Assembly: GCA_035430095.1 (NCBI GenBank)
Contig: DAOMGB010000007.1
Location: forward strand, 15,267 to 79,266
Direction: 5' to 3'
Source of the DNA: Casimicrobiaceae bacterium
GTDB lineage: Bacteria; Pseudomonadota; Gammaproteobacteria; Burkholderiales; Casimicrobiaceae
DNA length: 64,000 bases
The notes under the pieces were generated by a model, which saw nothing but the letters and a program-made list of their open reading frames with translations, was not told where the DNA came from and searched no databases. The position numbers and the translations under genes were made by a program. The stretch's first letter is position 1. Each line of letters starts with the position of its first letter. Positions 1-11,495 of the stretch are shown one piece after another.

Positions 1-366
1 TTCGTTGCCCTGCAACGGGAACGCCGTCTCGATCGTCGCCTTGGCCAGCCCGTCCGCGGAGTCCTTCAGGCTTTCGAACATCGCCTCGATTTCCGGCAGC
101 AGCGAGATTCGGTCGCCCTCGATCAGCACGCGCATGAAGCTTCGTCCATCCGGCGTCAGCTTGTCGCCGCAGATGGACAGCACCAGCGATTCCCTGGCGC
201 CCGCATCGAGCGCGGGATTGTCCAGCGCCCGCGCCACGCGCGGGTCCGCGACGACGGTGCTGGCCAGACGCAGCATCTGCGACCAGGCCGGCAGCGCATT
301 GCCTTCGCGAGCCAGCGCGAACGCGGCTTCGGCGTAGGGTCGTGCGATGGTGGTCAGTTCTGCCAT
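1..366 (-). CDS. atpH: F0F1 ATP synthase subunit delta (3' end outside window)
   Basis: Hand translation from ATG at 366 gives MAELTTIARPYAEAAF..., the delta N-terminal signature. It follows atpF. Not in the ORF track because it is truncated. Confidence 0.95.
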   Translation of the reverse strand, partial: MAELTTIARPYAEAAFALAREGNALPAWSQMLRLASTVVADPRVARALDNPALDAGARESLVLSICGDKLTPDGRSFMRVLIEGDRISLLPEIEAMFESLKDSADGLAKATIETAFPLQGNE

Positions 367-411
367 GTTCCGGTTTGCCTGCGTGGTTGCCTGTCTCGGT
401 CGTCGGTTCGC

Positions 412-882
412 CTAGAGCTGCCGCTTCAATTGCGCCAGCATGTCCGCGTGCACCTTGGGGTCGACGTCCTTCTTGAGGATCTTCGCCGCGCCGGCCACGG
501 CAAGGTCGGCCACGGCGTCGCGGAGCTGCTCCTTGGCGCGCGCGACTTCCTGCTGGATCTCCGCCTTGGCGGCGGCGAGAATGCGGTCGCCTTCGGCCTT
601 GGCCTCGATCTTGGCCTGTTCGATCGTCTCGGACTTGAACTTCTCGCCCGTCGCGACGATTTCCGCGGACTTCCCCTTGGCCTCGGTCAGCAGGTCGGCG
701 ATCCGCTTTTCCGCGCTGGCCAGTTCCTTGCGGCCCTCTTCACCTGCGGCGAGGCCGTCGGCGATCTGCTTCTGGCGCGTCTCGATGGCGCGCATCAGAT
801 GCGGCCAGATGAATTGGTAGCACACCCAGATGAAGACCGTGAACGACACGGCCTGCATGATCAGGGTCAGATTGAAATTCAT
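412..882 (-). CDS. atpF: F0F1 ATP synthase subunit b
   Basis: MNFNLTLIMQ...IWP N-terminal TM followed by coiled coil; 156 aa; atp operon order. Confidence 0.97.
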   Translation of the reverse strand: MNFNLTLIMQAVSFTVFIWVCYQFIWPHLMRAIETRQKQIADGLAAGEEGRKELASAEKRIADLLTEAKGKSAEIVATGEKFKSETIEQAKIEAKAEGDRILAAAKAEIQQEVARAKEQLRDAVADLAVAGAAKILKKDVDPKVHADMLAQLKRQL

Positions 883-919
883 GGCGGGCCCTCCGCGGAA
901 AAGTGGCTCGTGCGGGTCC

Positions 920-1198
<279 letters not shown>

Positions 1199-1266
1199 CT
1201 ATCCTTTCGATTGCACGTGACAGCGGTGTTGTGGGAAGTCCGAACTAGAAAAAAGAGAAGCGGAGG

Positions 1267-2467
<1,201 letters not shown>

Positions 2468-2590
2468 TGCCGTACTGCGGTTACCGAAGCAAACCGTAGA
2501 ATTTTACTCGTTCTCGCGCGGTTCCGGCAACGAAATGTTGCGGCGCAATGCCGCACGGCCGTTCGACGAAATGCCTTCGGCTAAGCGTGC

Positions 2591-2690
2591 GGGCAGCGAG
2601 CGTGGAGGTTCTACATTGAGCGGCGCAGGGCCGCCCCAAGCCGCGAGTACGCCCCCTGTGGGGGCTGCGAGCGAAGCGAGCGTGGGGGTG
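2591..2690. repeat. Betaproteobacterial REP-like repeat (GCCGCCCCAAG...GCCCCC-TGT-GGGGGC...GCGAGCGTGGGGG) plus a partial second copy
   Basis: One full unit at 2628-2688 with an internal hairpin; its 3' end is repeated at 2591-2608 (GGGCAGCGAGCGTGGAGG). Resembles a dispersed repeat I recall from Betaproteobacteria. Only one full copy in the window. Confidence 0.6.
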
Positions 2691-2694
2691 GTGT

Positions 2695-2973
2695 CTACCC
2701 TCCGGACAGAGCCGCCACGATCATCACCTCGGCGTCGGGCGGAAGCAGGGTGGCCGGGTCGCGCTCAACCGCCGCATCGACAAAGATCTTGATGTGCGGC
2801 CGCAACTTGCCTTGCTCGTCCACCATCCGGAAGCGAATGCCGGGATAGGACGCGTCGAGGCTCGCGAGCAGGTCGGAGAGGCGGGGCGCCACAACTCCGC
2901 AGTCGACCGTCACGACTCGGGCGCCGTCGCAATACGACCGCAGCGGCGACGGTATCGCTACCCGGAAATTCAC
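2695..2973 (-). CDS. MoaD/ThiS family ubiquitin-like protein
   Basis: 92 aa, IPSPLR start, D-x-x-G-x-LR-x-H, C-terminal ALSGG diglycine. Confidence 0.9.
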   Translation of the reverse strand: MNFRVAIPSPLRSYCDGARVVTVDCGVVAPRLSDLLASLDASYPGIRFRMVDEQGKLRPHIKIFVDAAVERDPATLLPPDAEVMIVAALSGG

Positions 2974-3001
2974 GCGCCCGGTTCCGGCCGTTGGGTCTTA
3001 G

Positions 3002-4174
3002 CTAGACGGCCACGACCGCGTAGATGTGCGGCAGGTGCGCGGCCAGGCACTTCCAGTTCCGGCCCTCGTCGCGGCTTCCCCACAATTCACCGGAGGTCGT
3101 TCCGAAATAGACGCCGGCAATGGGGAACTGGTCGACGGTCATCGCCTGCCTCTTAACGGTCCACCAGGCTTGCGCTTTCGGCATGCCGTCGGCCTGGCGC
3201 TTCCAGGTCTTGCCGCCGTCGCGGGTGCGGTATGCGGCGGGCTTGCCACCCGGCGAAACGCGCGGCCACACGGACGTGCCGTCCATGGGAAAGATCCACG
3301 CGCTGTCCGCGTCGTGCGGGTGCGTCACCATGGGAAAGCCGACGTAGCCGACCGCCTTCGGCATCCCGGTGCCGATGTCCGTCCAGCGCGTCGCAGGACG
3401 GTCGAGCCGGAACAGGCCGCAATGGTTTTGCTGATAGAGCCGGTCGGGGTTGCCGCCCGCGAAGCGCACGCAGTGCGGGTCGTGGCCGAATTCGAGATCG
3501 GGATTGGGCTGGAAGTCGGCGCGCACGCCCTGATTCAGCGGATGCCAGTCGCGCCCGCCGTCGACGGACTCGAACGTGCCGCCGCTCGACATGCTGATGT
3601 ACATGTGCATCGGGTCGCGCGGGTCGATCAGGATCGAGTGCAGCTTTGGGCCATCCGGCGTGCCGTCCTGGTCGCCGCCGCACCACGCCTTGCGCTGCGG
3701 GTGGGAATTGAAACCGGCGACACCCGACCACGTGACTCCATCGTCGTCGGAGCGAAACAGTCCCTGCGGCGACGTGCCGGCGAACCAGACGCCGGGTTGC
3801 GACGGATGGCCCGGCGTCAGCCAGAACGTGTGGTCGACGACGCGTCCGCTGCCGGGCTCGAATGCCGGCGGCGTGGCCGCCTCCTTCCACGTCTTGCCTT
3901 GGTCGGTCGAGCGGAACACCGTGGGCCCGAGGTGCCCGGTACGGGCCGCGGCCAGCAGCGTCTTGCCGTTGCGCGGGTCGAGCATCGCATGATGGACGAT
4001 GTGTCCCAGGAACTGCGGCCCGGCAAGCTTCCACGTTCGGCGCGTGGCGTCCGTCGTGAGCGTCCACAGTCCCTTGCGTGTCGCGATCAGCAGGCGCACC
4101 TTGCGCGGCGACTCGACACGTTTGGCTGCCGGGCCGCGCTTGCCGGCCGGTACGTTGGTTGCAGTGCGCGCCAT
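3002..4174 (-). CDS. BNR/Asp-box repeat beta-propeller protein (sialidase-like fold, no signal peptide)
   Basis: Asp-boxes STDQGKTW, SDDDGVTW, SVDGGRDW, TRDGGKTW, SRDEGRNW; GHDPHC and QQNHCG motifs. Confidence 0.88.
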   Translation of the reverse strand: MARTATNVPAGKRGPAAKRVESPRKVRLLIATRKGLWTLTTDATRRTWKLAGPQFLGHIVHHAMLDPRNGKTLLAAARTGHLGPTVFRSTDQGKTWKEAATPPAFEPGSGRVVDHTFWLTPGHPSQPGVWFAGTSPQGLFRSDDDGVTWSGVAGFNSHPQRKAWCGGDQDGTPDGPKLHSILIDPRDPMHMYISMSSGGTFESVDGGRDWHPLNQGVRADFQPNPDLEFGHDPHCVRFAGGNPDRLYQQNHCGLFRLDRPATRWTDIGTGMPKAVGYVGFPMVTHPHDADSAWIFPMDGTSVWPRVSPGGKPAAYRTRDGGKTWKRQADGMPKAQAWWTVKRQAMTVDQFPIAGVYFGTTSGELWGSRDEGRNWKCLAAHLPHIYAVVAV

Positions 4175-4323
4175 GATCTCTCCTCGCGGACGAATGCGTT
4201 GGACACCGAAAGTTACGCCTCCCCGATTGTCCGGGCAAGCCGCAGGGTTGAAATTATTTTCATTGCCTGCAATCCTCCATGGTTCGTCTTCCCCACTCCC
4301 GCAAACCTCGAGAAGGAGCTTCC

Positions 4324-4830
4324 ATGACGATCAAAGTCGGCGACACGCTGCCTGCGGGCACATTGTCGGAATACATCGAAGTCGAAGGCAACGGCTGCAG
4401 CGTCGGGCCCAACACGTTCAAGGTCGAGGACCTCACGCGCGGCAAAAAGGTCGTCATCTTCGGCTTGCCCGGCGCGTTCACGCCGACCTGCTCCGCGAAG
4501 CACGTGCCCTCGTACCTCGCCAACTACGTCAAGCTGAAGGCGAAGGGCGTCGACGACATCCTGTGCATGTCGGTCAACGACCCCTTCGTGATGGGCGCGT
4601 GGGCGCGCGACCAGAAGTCCGGCGGCAAGGTGCGGATGATGGGCGACGGCAGCGCCGACTACACGAAGGCGCTGGGATTGGTGTTCGACCTCACCGCCAA
4701 GGGCATGGGCGTGCGCTGCCAGCGCTTCTCGATGCTGGTCGACAACGGCGTGGTGAAGACGCTGAACATCGAGGCACCGGGCAAGTACGAGGTGTCCGGC
4801 GGCGACACGATGCTGACGCAGCTCGGCTGA
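4324..4830 (+). CDS. Peroxiredoxin, Prx5/type II family
   Basis: PGAFTPTCS, VNDPFVM and RFSMLV motifs; AAGGAG Shine-Dalgarno before ATG 4324. Confidence 0.95.
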   Translation: MTIKVGDTLPAGTLSEYIEVEGNGCSVGPNTFKVEDLTRGKKVVIFGLPGAFTPTCSAKHVPSYLANYVKLKAKGVDDILCMSVNDPFVMGAWARDQKSGGKVRMMGDGSADYTKALGLVFDLTAKGMGVRCQRFSMLVDNGVVKTLNIEAPGKYEVSGGDTMLTQLG

Positions 4831-4852
4831 CGCACGGGTTCCAGGAACGGCG

Positions 4853-4877
4853 ACGGCGGCCCGCGGGCCGCCGTTTC
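4853..4877. terminator. Hairpin between convergent prx and parB
   Basis: Perfect 22-bp palindrome ACGGCGGCCCGCGGGCCGCCGT followed by TTC. Confidence 0.6.
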
Positions 4878-4894
4878 AATTTGCGCGAGACAAT

Positions 4895-5749
4895 TCAGCC
4901 GAGCCTGGCGATGATGCCGTCCAGCTGCTCGAGGCTCGAGTAGCCGATGATGAGCTTGCCGGCGCCGTTCCTGCCGGCATCGATCGTCACCTTCGCCCCG
5001 AGCTTTTCCGCGAGCTCGGTTTCAAGGCGCGCGGTGTCTGCGTTGCGGGAAGCGTGTGCCGCACCGCGCCCGGCGCGCTTCGCCGGCGCCGCCATCGCAG
5101 CGACCAGTCGCTCGGTCTCGCGCACCGACAGCTGCCCGTTGACCACGCGCGCCGCGGCGAGTGTCTGCTGCGCGGACGGCAGCGCCAGCAGCGCGCGTGC
5201 ATGGCCCATCTCCAATGCACCGCTCATCAGGTATTCCTGCGCGGGCTTCGCGAGGTGCGTCAGCCGCAGCAGATTCGTCACCGCACTGCGCGACTTGCCA
5301 ACCGCCTTGGCCGCCGCGTCGTGCGTGAGCCCGAACTCCTCGATCAGCCGCGCGAGGCCCGCCGCTTCCTCGAGCGGGTTCAGGTCCTCGCGCTGGATGT
5401 TCTCGATCAGCGCGAGCGCGAGCGCGTGGTTGTCGGGCACGGTCTTCACCAGCGCCGGCACGTCCTTCAGCCCCGCCCGCTGCGCGGCCCGCCAGCGCCG
5501 CTCTCCGGCGACGATCTCGAATCGCCCGCCGTCGACGGGACGCACGAGTATCGGCTGCATCACGCCCTGCTCGCGGATCGAATCCGCAAGCTCTGCGAGC
5601 GCCGACTCGTCCATGCGCGTGCGCGGCTGGTACCTGCCCGGGCGGATGCGCTCGATGGCGATCGTCTGCAGCGCGCTTTCCGCGGCCGACTCGTTGCCGC
5701 CGGACAACAGCGCATCGAGGCCGCGGCCTAAACCCTTGGGTCGAATCAT
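4895..5749 (-). CDS. parB: Chromosome partitioning protein ParB
   Basis: KGLGRGLDALL, YQPR, AGERRWRAA box II and IENIQREDLNPLEEA motifs. Confidence 0.97.
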   Translation of the reverse strand: MIRPKGLGRGLDALLSGGNESAAESALQTIAIERIRPGRYQPRTRMDESALAELADSIREQGVMQPILVRPVDGGRFEIVAGERRWRAAQRAGLKDVPALVKTVPDNHALALALIENIQREDLNPLEEAAGLARLIEEFGLTHDAAAKAVGKSRSAVTNLLRLTHLAKPAQEYLMSGALEMGHARALLALPSAQQTLAAARVVNGQLSVRETERLVAAMAAPAKRAGRGAAHASRNADTARLETELAEKLGAKVTIDAGRNGAGKLIIGYSSLEQLDGIIARLG

Positions 5750-5759
5750 TGCCAGTTCC

Positions 5760-6617
5760 TCATGCGGCGGCGGGTGTGTCGGCGGGCGCGTTGCCGCCGC
5801 CCGCGGCAGCGGCTTCGCGCGCTTCGATCCGGCGCAGCATTTCACCGGCGAGCGCAAGGTAGGCCAGCGCGCCTTTGGACTGCGGCTCCAGCTTGAGCAC
5901 CGGTATTCCGTGCGACGGCGCTTCAGCCAGCCGGATGTTGCGGGGGATGATCGTGCGGTAGAGCCGATCGCCGAAATGCTTCTCGAGTTCCGCGGTGACA
6001 TTGAGCGCCAGCGTGTTGCGCGGGTCGTACATCGTGCGCAGCAGGCCCTCGATCTCCAGCCCCGGATTCAGGTGCGCGCGCACTTTCTTCAATGTCTGGA
6101 TCAGATCGGAAAGGCCCTCGAGCGCGTAGTACTCGCATTGCATCGGGATCAGCACCGAATCCGCGGCGCACAGGCCGTTCAGTGTTAGCAGCGACAGCGA
6201 CGGCGGGCAATCGAGCAGGATGAAGTCGTACTCCGACGCGACCTCGCTGATCGCCGTGCGCATCTGGGCCAGCGCCTCGCCTAGCGCATCCTTGAGCCGC
6301 GTCTCGCGTTCGGGCAGGTCGACCAGTTCGATTTCCGCGCCGGCCAGTTCGCGATTCGCGGGGACGATGTCGAAGCCGCCCGACGGCGAGGCCACGCGCA
6401 CGTCCGCGATGCGGCGCTCGCCCAGCAGCACCTGGTACACGGTCGCGTCGAAGCCGCGCTTGTCGAGTCCGGATCCGGTGGTCGCATTGCCCTGCGGATC
6501 GAGGTCGACCAGCAGCACGCGCCGCTTCATCGCGACCAGGCTCGCCGCGAGATTGACGGAGGTGGTCGTCTTGCCCACGCCGCCTTTCTGGTTGGCCACT
6601 GCAATGATGCGCGTCAT
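5760..6617 (-). CDS. parA: Chromosome partitioning ATPase ParA/Soj
   Basis: NQKGGVGKTT deviant Walker A, DLDPQGNAT, DCPP and LAEAPSHG motifs. Confidence 0.97.
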   Translation of the reverse strand: MTRIIAVANQKGGVGKTTTSVNLAASLVAMKRRVLLVDLDPQGNATTGSGLDKRGFDATVYQVLLGERRIADVRVASPSGGFDIVPANRELAGAEIELVDLPERETRLKDALGEALAQMRTAISEVASEYDFILLDCPPSLSLLTLNGLCAADSVLIPMQCEYYALEGLSDLIQTLKKVRAHLNPGLEIEGLLRTMYDPRNTLALNVTAELEKHFGDRLYRTIIPRNIRLAEAPSHGIPVLKLEPQSKGALAYLALAGEMLRRIEAREAAAAGGGNAPADTPAAA

Positions 6618-6619
6618 CG

Positions 6620-7291
6620 TTACGCTCTTTCCGCCGCGTGCAAGGGTTGCATGATGATGAGGTGACGCGTCGCATCGAGACCCGGCACGTGCAGCGCAGG
6701 CGCGGCCCGCACCGCGAATTGCGCCGGCAGCTGCGCGAGTTCGTCGTCCGGATGCACGCCCTTCATCGCGTACAGCATTCCATCGCGCGCGAGATGGCGC
6801 GCGGACGACGCGGCGAAGGCCGACAGGTCCGAGAACGCGCGCGAGATCACGATGTCGAACGGCGCAGCGGGCGCATAATCCTCGACGCGCACCGCCTCCG
6901 ATTCGACGTTTGTCAGGCCAAGCTCGATGGCCGCCTGCGTGAGAAACGCCACCTTCTTGTGATTGGAATCGATCATCACGACGTGCGCATCCGGCCGCGC
7001 GGTCGCGAGGGGGATACCGGGGACGCCGGCGCCCGATCCCACGTCGAGAATGCGCAGCGCGGGCGTCGCCGGCAGGTGCGGCACCACCGCCAGCGAGTCG
7101 AGCAGGTGATGCGTGACCATGCGCGCGGGATCGCGTATGGCGGTCAGGTTGTAGGTCTTGTTCCACTTGGCGAGCAGCGCGAGGTACGCGGCCAGGCGAT
7201 CGCGCTGCGCCACGCTCGTCACCAGTCCAAGCGCGGCGATGCCGTTCGCGAGATCGACATCGTGGGTCGACACCGCGTCCGCCGACGTCAT
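6620..7291 (-). CDS. rsmG: 16S rRNA m7G527 methyltransferase
   Basis: [26 protein letters not shown] and SRAF motifs; lies between mnmG and parA. Confidence 0.96.
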   Translation of the reverse strand: MTSADAVSTHDVDLANGIAALGLVTSVAQRDRLAAYLALLAKWNKTYNLTAIRDPARMVTHHLLDSLAVVPHLPATPALRILDVGSGAGVPGIPLATARPDAHVVMIDSNHKKVAFLTQAAIELGLTNVESEAVRVEDYAPAAPFDIVISRAFSDLSAFAASSARHLARDGMLYAMKGVHPDDELAQLPAQFAVRAAPALHVPGLDATRHLIIMQPLHAAERA

Positions 7292-9192
7292 GCGGACAGT
7301 GCTTCCACGCCGGAGGGCTTGCTGCCGCTGCCCTTGAGGTGGACCAGCAGCAGCGAAATCGCCGCCGGCGTCATGCCGGATATCCGGGATGCCTGTCCGA
7401 TGGTCTCCGGCCTGTGCAGGTTGAGTTTCTGCTGCGCTTCCGCCGACAACCCGCGGACGTTGCGGTAATCCAGGTCCGCCGGGAGGCGCGAGGACTCCAG
7501 CGCGAGATGGCGCGCGATTTCGTCGTGCTGGCGGTCGATGTAGCCCGCGTACTTGGTCGAAATTTCTACCTGCTCGGCAACCTGGGGGTCGGCGACGGGC
7601 GTGCCGGCACCCGGCAGCGTGAGCAACGTCGCATACGTGACATTCGGTCGACGCAGTAAGTCAGTGAGCGCATACTCTCGTTCTATCCCTTGTCCCAGAA
7701 CGCGCTCGGCATCGTGCTTGGAGACGATGTTGGGGTTGACGAAGGTCGTGCGCAGCCTTTCGACCTCCGCCGCCACGGCATCGCGCTTGCGCGAATACGC
7801 TTCCCAACGCGCATCGTCGATCAAACCCAGCCGGCGGCCGTGTTCGGTCAACCGGGCATCGGCGTTGTCCTCGCGCAGTTGCAGCCGGTACTCCGCGCGC
7901 GACGTGAACATCCGGTAGGGCTCGGAAACGCCGCGGGTGATCAGGTCGTCCACCAGCACGCCAAGGTAAGCCTCGTCCCGGCGCGGGCACCAGCCCTCGT
8001 CGCCCCGGACGTGCAGCGCGGCGTTGAGTCCGGCAAGCAGCCCCTGCGCGGCGGCTTCCTCGTAGCCGGTGGTGCCGTTGATCTGGCCGGCGAAGAAAAG
8101 GCCCCGGATCGCCTTGGTCTCCAGCGACGCCTTCAACGCCCGCGGGTCGAAATAGTCGTACTCGATGGCATAGCCCGGCCGCAGGATGTGCGCTTGCTCG
8201 CAACCCCGCATGGACCGGACGAGCTCGAGCTGCACGTCGAAGGGCAGGGACGTCGAAATCCCGTTGGGGTAGATCTCTTGCGTGTTCAGGCCCTCGGGTT
8301 CGAGGAAGATCTGGTGGCTGTCCCGGGTAGCGAAGCGCACCACCTTGTCCTCGATGGACGGGCAATACCGCGGCCCGACGCTCTTGATCACGCCCGAGTA
8401 CATGGGGGACCGGTCGAGCCCGGCCCGGATGATGTCGTGGGTCCGGCCATTGGTGTGCGTGATCCAGCAGGGGAGTTGCCGCGGGTGTGGCGTGCTCCCG
8501 CCCATGAACGAGAACACAGGCGCAGGGTCGTCACCCGGCTGTTCCGCCAGCACGGAGAAATCGATGGTGCGACCGTCCAGTCGCGGCGGGGTCCCGGTCT
8601 TGAGGCGCCCGGCGGGAAGCTTCAGTTCGCGCAGCCGGGCGCCCAGGCGCTTGGCGGGGGGGTCCCCGGCGCGGCCCGCTTCGTAGTTGTCGAGGCCGAC
8701 ATGGATCAGGCCGGACAGGAACGTGCCGGTGGTCAGCACCACCGCATCGGCGTGAAAGGCGAGGCCGATCTGGGTCACGACCCCCACGACCCTGTCGCCT
8801 TCCAGAAGCAGGTCGTCGACGGGCTGCTGGAACAGCGTCAGGTTCGGCTGGTTTTCTATGCGCGCCCGGATGGCCTGTTTGTAAAGCAGGCGGTCGGCTT
8901 GGGCGCGGGTCGCCCGCACCGCCGGCCCCTTGCTGGAATTGAGGATGCGGAACTGGATGCCCGCTTCGTCGGTGGCAATGGCCATCGCGCCGCCCAGCGC
9001 ATCCACTTCCTTGACCAGGTGCCCCTTGCCGATGCCACCTATGGATGGGTTGCAGGACATCTGTCCCAGCGTCTCGATATTGTGGGTGAGCAGCAGCGTG
9101 GTCCGGCCCATCCGGGCGGACGCCAGCGCAGCCTCGGTCCCGGCGTGACCTCCACCGACGACAATCACCTCGAAACGCTGCTTGAAGTCCAT
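7288..9192 (-). CDS. mnmG: tRNA modification enzyme MnmG (GidA)
   Basis: [31 protein letters not shown] and [13 protein letters not shown] motifs. Confidence 0.98.
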   Translation of the reverse strand: MDFKQRFEVIVVGGGHAGTEAALASARMGRTTLLLTHNIETLGQMSCNPSIGGIGKGHLVKEVDALGGAMAIATDEAGIQFRILNSSKGPAVRATRAQADRLLYKQAIRARIENQPNLTLFQQPVDDLLLEGDRVVGVVTQIGLAFHADAVVLTTGTFLSGLIHVGLDNYEAGRAGDPPAKRLGARLRELKLPAGRLKTGTPPRLDGRTIDFSVLAEQPGDDPAPVFSFMGGSTPHPRQLPCWITHTNGRTHDIIRAGLDRSPMYSGVIKSVGPRYCPSIEDKVVRFATRDSHQIFLEPEGLNTQEIYPNGISTSLPFDVQLELVRSMRGCEQAHILRPGYAIEYDYFDPRALKASLETKAIRGLFFAGQINGTTGYEEAAAQGLLAGLNAALHVRGDEGWCPRRDEAYLGVLVDDLITRGVSEPYRMFTSRAEYRLQLREDNADARLTEHGRRLGLIDDARWEAYSRKRDAVAAEVERLRTTFVNPNIVSKHDAERVLGQGIEREYALTDLLRRPNVTYATLLTLPGAGTPVADPQVAEQVEISTKYAGYIDRQHDEIARHLALESSRLPADLDYRNVRGLSAEAQQKLNLHRPETIGQASRISGMTPAAISLLLVHLKGSGSKPSGVEALSA

Positions 9193-9276
9193 GATTTTAT
9201 TGATTAATGCTGACAAGCGCCGCATACGGTCGCAAATGACAATTTTACGCGATCACGGCGGCGCACGATAGCGCCC

Positions 9277-9292
9277 TGTTTCACGTGAAACT
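9277..9292. promoter_or_regulatory. parS: parS centromere site 1 (TGTTTCACGTGAAACT)
   Basis: 15/16 match to consensus TGTTTCACGTGAAACA, upstream of mnmG-rsmG-parAB. Confidence 0.92.
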
Positions 9293-9326
9293 CCAGTTGT
9301 AACGCTTGGATCGGTCTTCGTGGCGA

Positions 9327-9342
9327 GGTTTCACGTGAAACA
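9327..9342. promoter_or_regulatory. parS: parS centromere site 2 (GGTTTCACGTGAAACA)
   Basis: 15/16 match; starts 50 bp after site 1. Confidence 0.92.
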
Positions 9343-9360
9343 TTGGAGTGAAGGAAACAC

Positions 9361-9369
9361 TGTGGACAA
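9361..9369 (-). promoter_or_regulatory. Putative DnaA box (TTGTCCACA on minus strand)
   Basis: One mismatch to TTATCCACA; in the mnmG upstream region next to parS. Confidence 0.45.
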
Positions 9370-9530
9370 CCGCCCCCCAACGGGGGCCGCGAAGACAGAC
9401 GAATCGTCGGATGCTGGATCGCCAAAAACAAACTGCGGCCCCAAGGCCGCAGTGATTGCTTACTCCAGAAATCCGAGCCGACGCCTTGGCTCGGACGGGC
9501 GCGGCGCATTCTACGCCGCGTGCCGAATGG

Positions 9531-11384
9531 TCAGCCCGCGCGCGGCATCCCCAAACGCGCACCCAGCTGCTCGCGTTCGGCCTGCAATGCGGCCGGACGC
9601 TTGGCGCCCAGCTTGGCAAACAATTCGTCGTGCGACGCGAGTTCGCGCTGCCACTGCGTCCGGTCCAGGCTCATCACAACGGCGAAGCGTCCCGCGTCGA
9701 AGTCGGAACCCGTCCAGTTGAGGTCGGCATAGGCCGGCGTCAAGCCCGCCGGCGTTTCCTCCGCGTGTGCGCGCCCGGCGCAACGCTCGACCACCCATTG
9801 CAGCACCCGCATGTTCTGTCCGAAACCTGGCCACACGAACTTTCCGTCGGCGTCCTTGCGGAACCAGTTGACACTGAAGATGCGCGGCGGATAGGCGACC
9901 GCGTCGCCCATGACGAGCCAATGCTTGAAGTAATCGCCGACGTGGTAGCCGCAGAACGGCAGCATCGCGAACGGGTCGCGGCGCACTTCGCCTACCGCGC
10001 CGGTCGCCGCAGCCGTGGTCTCCGAGCCCATCGTCGCGGCCTTGTAGACACCTTCTTCCCACGTCCGTGCCTCCGTGACCAGCGGCACGGTATCGGAGCG
10101 ACGGGCGCCGAAAATGAACGCGGAGATGGGGACGCCCGCGGGGTCGTCCCAATGCGGGTCGAGCGACGGGCACTGTATCGACGCCACGGTGAAACGGGCA
10201 TTCGGGTGCGCCGCCTTGCGGCCGCAATCCGGCGTCCAATCCTTGCCCTGCCAGTCGACGAGATGGGCGGGCGGCGTCCTGGTCATCCCTTCCCACCACA
10301 CGTCGCCGTCGTCGGTCAGCGCGACGTTCGTGAAGATGACGTTCTTCTTCAGCATCTCCATCGCGTTGGCATTCGACTCGTACGACGTGCCGGGCGCGAC
10401 GCCGAAGTAGCCGGCCTCCGGATTGATCGCGTGGAAGTAGCCTTCGAGACCCGGCTTGATCCATGCGATGTCGTCGCCGATGGTGGTGACTTTCCAGCCG
10501 TCGAAACCGGCAGGCGGAATCATCATCGAGAAGTTGGTCTTGCCGCACGCGCTGGGGAACGCCGCGGCGACGTACTTCTTCTCGCCCTGGGGCGACGTCA
10601 CGCCGAGGATCAACATGTGTTCGGCCAGCCAGCCCTGGTCGCGGCCCATCACCGACGCGATGCGCAGGGCAAAGCACTTCTTACCGAGCAGCGCATTGCC
10701 GCCGTAGCCGGAGCCAAAGCTCCAGATCTCGCGCGTCTCGGGAAAATGCACGATGTACTTCTGATCCTTGTTGCACGGCCACGCGACGTCGCGCTGTCCC
10801 ACGGCCAGCGGCGCGCCCACCGAATGCACGCACGGCACGAAATGCCCGTCGGCGCCCAGCACGTCGAACACCGCGCGACCCATGCGCGTCATCATTTTCA
10901 TGTTGACGACCACATAGGGGCTGTCCGAGACCTCGATGCCGATGTGCGCGATCGGGCTGCCGATCGGGCCCATCGAGAACGGCACGACGTACATCGTCCG
11001 GCCGCGCATGCAACCGGCGAATAGGCCGTTCAGGGTGCGCCGCATTTCCGCCGGCGCCACCCAGTTGTTCGTGGGGCCAGCGTCGTCCGCGCTCTCGCTG
11101 CAGATGAAGGTGCGATCCTCGACGCGCGCGACGTCGGACGGGTCCGACAACGCAAGATAGCTGCCAGGGCGCCTGGTCTCCGACAGTTTGCGCATCGTGC
11201 CCGCCGCGACCATCTCGGCGCACAGCTGATCATATTCGGCCTGGCTGCCGTCGCACCAAACGATGCGATCCGGTTGCGTCAGCGCGGCGATCTCCCGAAC
11301 CCAGCCCATGAGGCGGGCGTGGCGAACGTAGGAGGGCGCACCAACGGATGCGGCAAGCGTGTGCAGCGATTCGGGCTGGTTCAT
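9531..11384 (-). CDS. pckG: Phosphoenolpyruvate carboxykinase (GTP)
   Basis: [31 protein letters not shown] and GDDIAW motifs. Confidence 0.97.
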   Translation of the reverse strand: MNQPESLHTLAASVGAPSYVRHARLMGWVREIAALTQPDRIVWCDGSQAEYDQLCAEMVAAGTMRKLSETRRPGSYLALSDPSDVARVEDRTFICSESADDAGPTNNWVAPAEMRRTLNGLFAGCMRGRTMYVVPFSMGPIGSPIAHIGIEVSDSPYVVVNMKMMTRMGRAVFDVLGADGHFVPCVHSVGAPLAVGQRDVAWPCNKDQKYIVHFPETREIWSFGSGYGGNALLGKKCFALRIASVMGRDQGWLAEHMLILGVTSPQGEKKYVAAAFPSACGKTNFSMMIPPAGFDGWKVTTIGDDIAWIKPGLEGYFHAINPEAGYFGVAPGTSYESNANAMEMLKKNVIFTNVALTDDGDVWWEGMTRTPPAHLVDWQGKDWTPDCGRKAAHPNARFTVASIQCPSLDPHWDDPAGVPISAFIFGARRSDTVPLVTEARTWEEGVYKAATMGSETTAAATGAVGEVRRDPFAMLPFCGYHVGDYFKHWLVMGDAVAYPPRIFSVNWFRKDADGKFVWPGFGQNMRVLQWVVERCAGRAHAEETPAGLTPAYADLNWTGSDFDAGRFAVVMSLDRTQWQRELASHDELFAKLGAKRPAALQAEREQLGARLGMPRAG

Positions 11385-11495
11385 CTGGGGACCGTGGCTG
11401 GAGTGAATTTCTACGCCGCTGTCTCGGCACCATCTCGCAGCGGTAATCAATAATTTTACTCCGGCGACGCAGGCCGGCGCACTGGTCAGGCGGCC

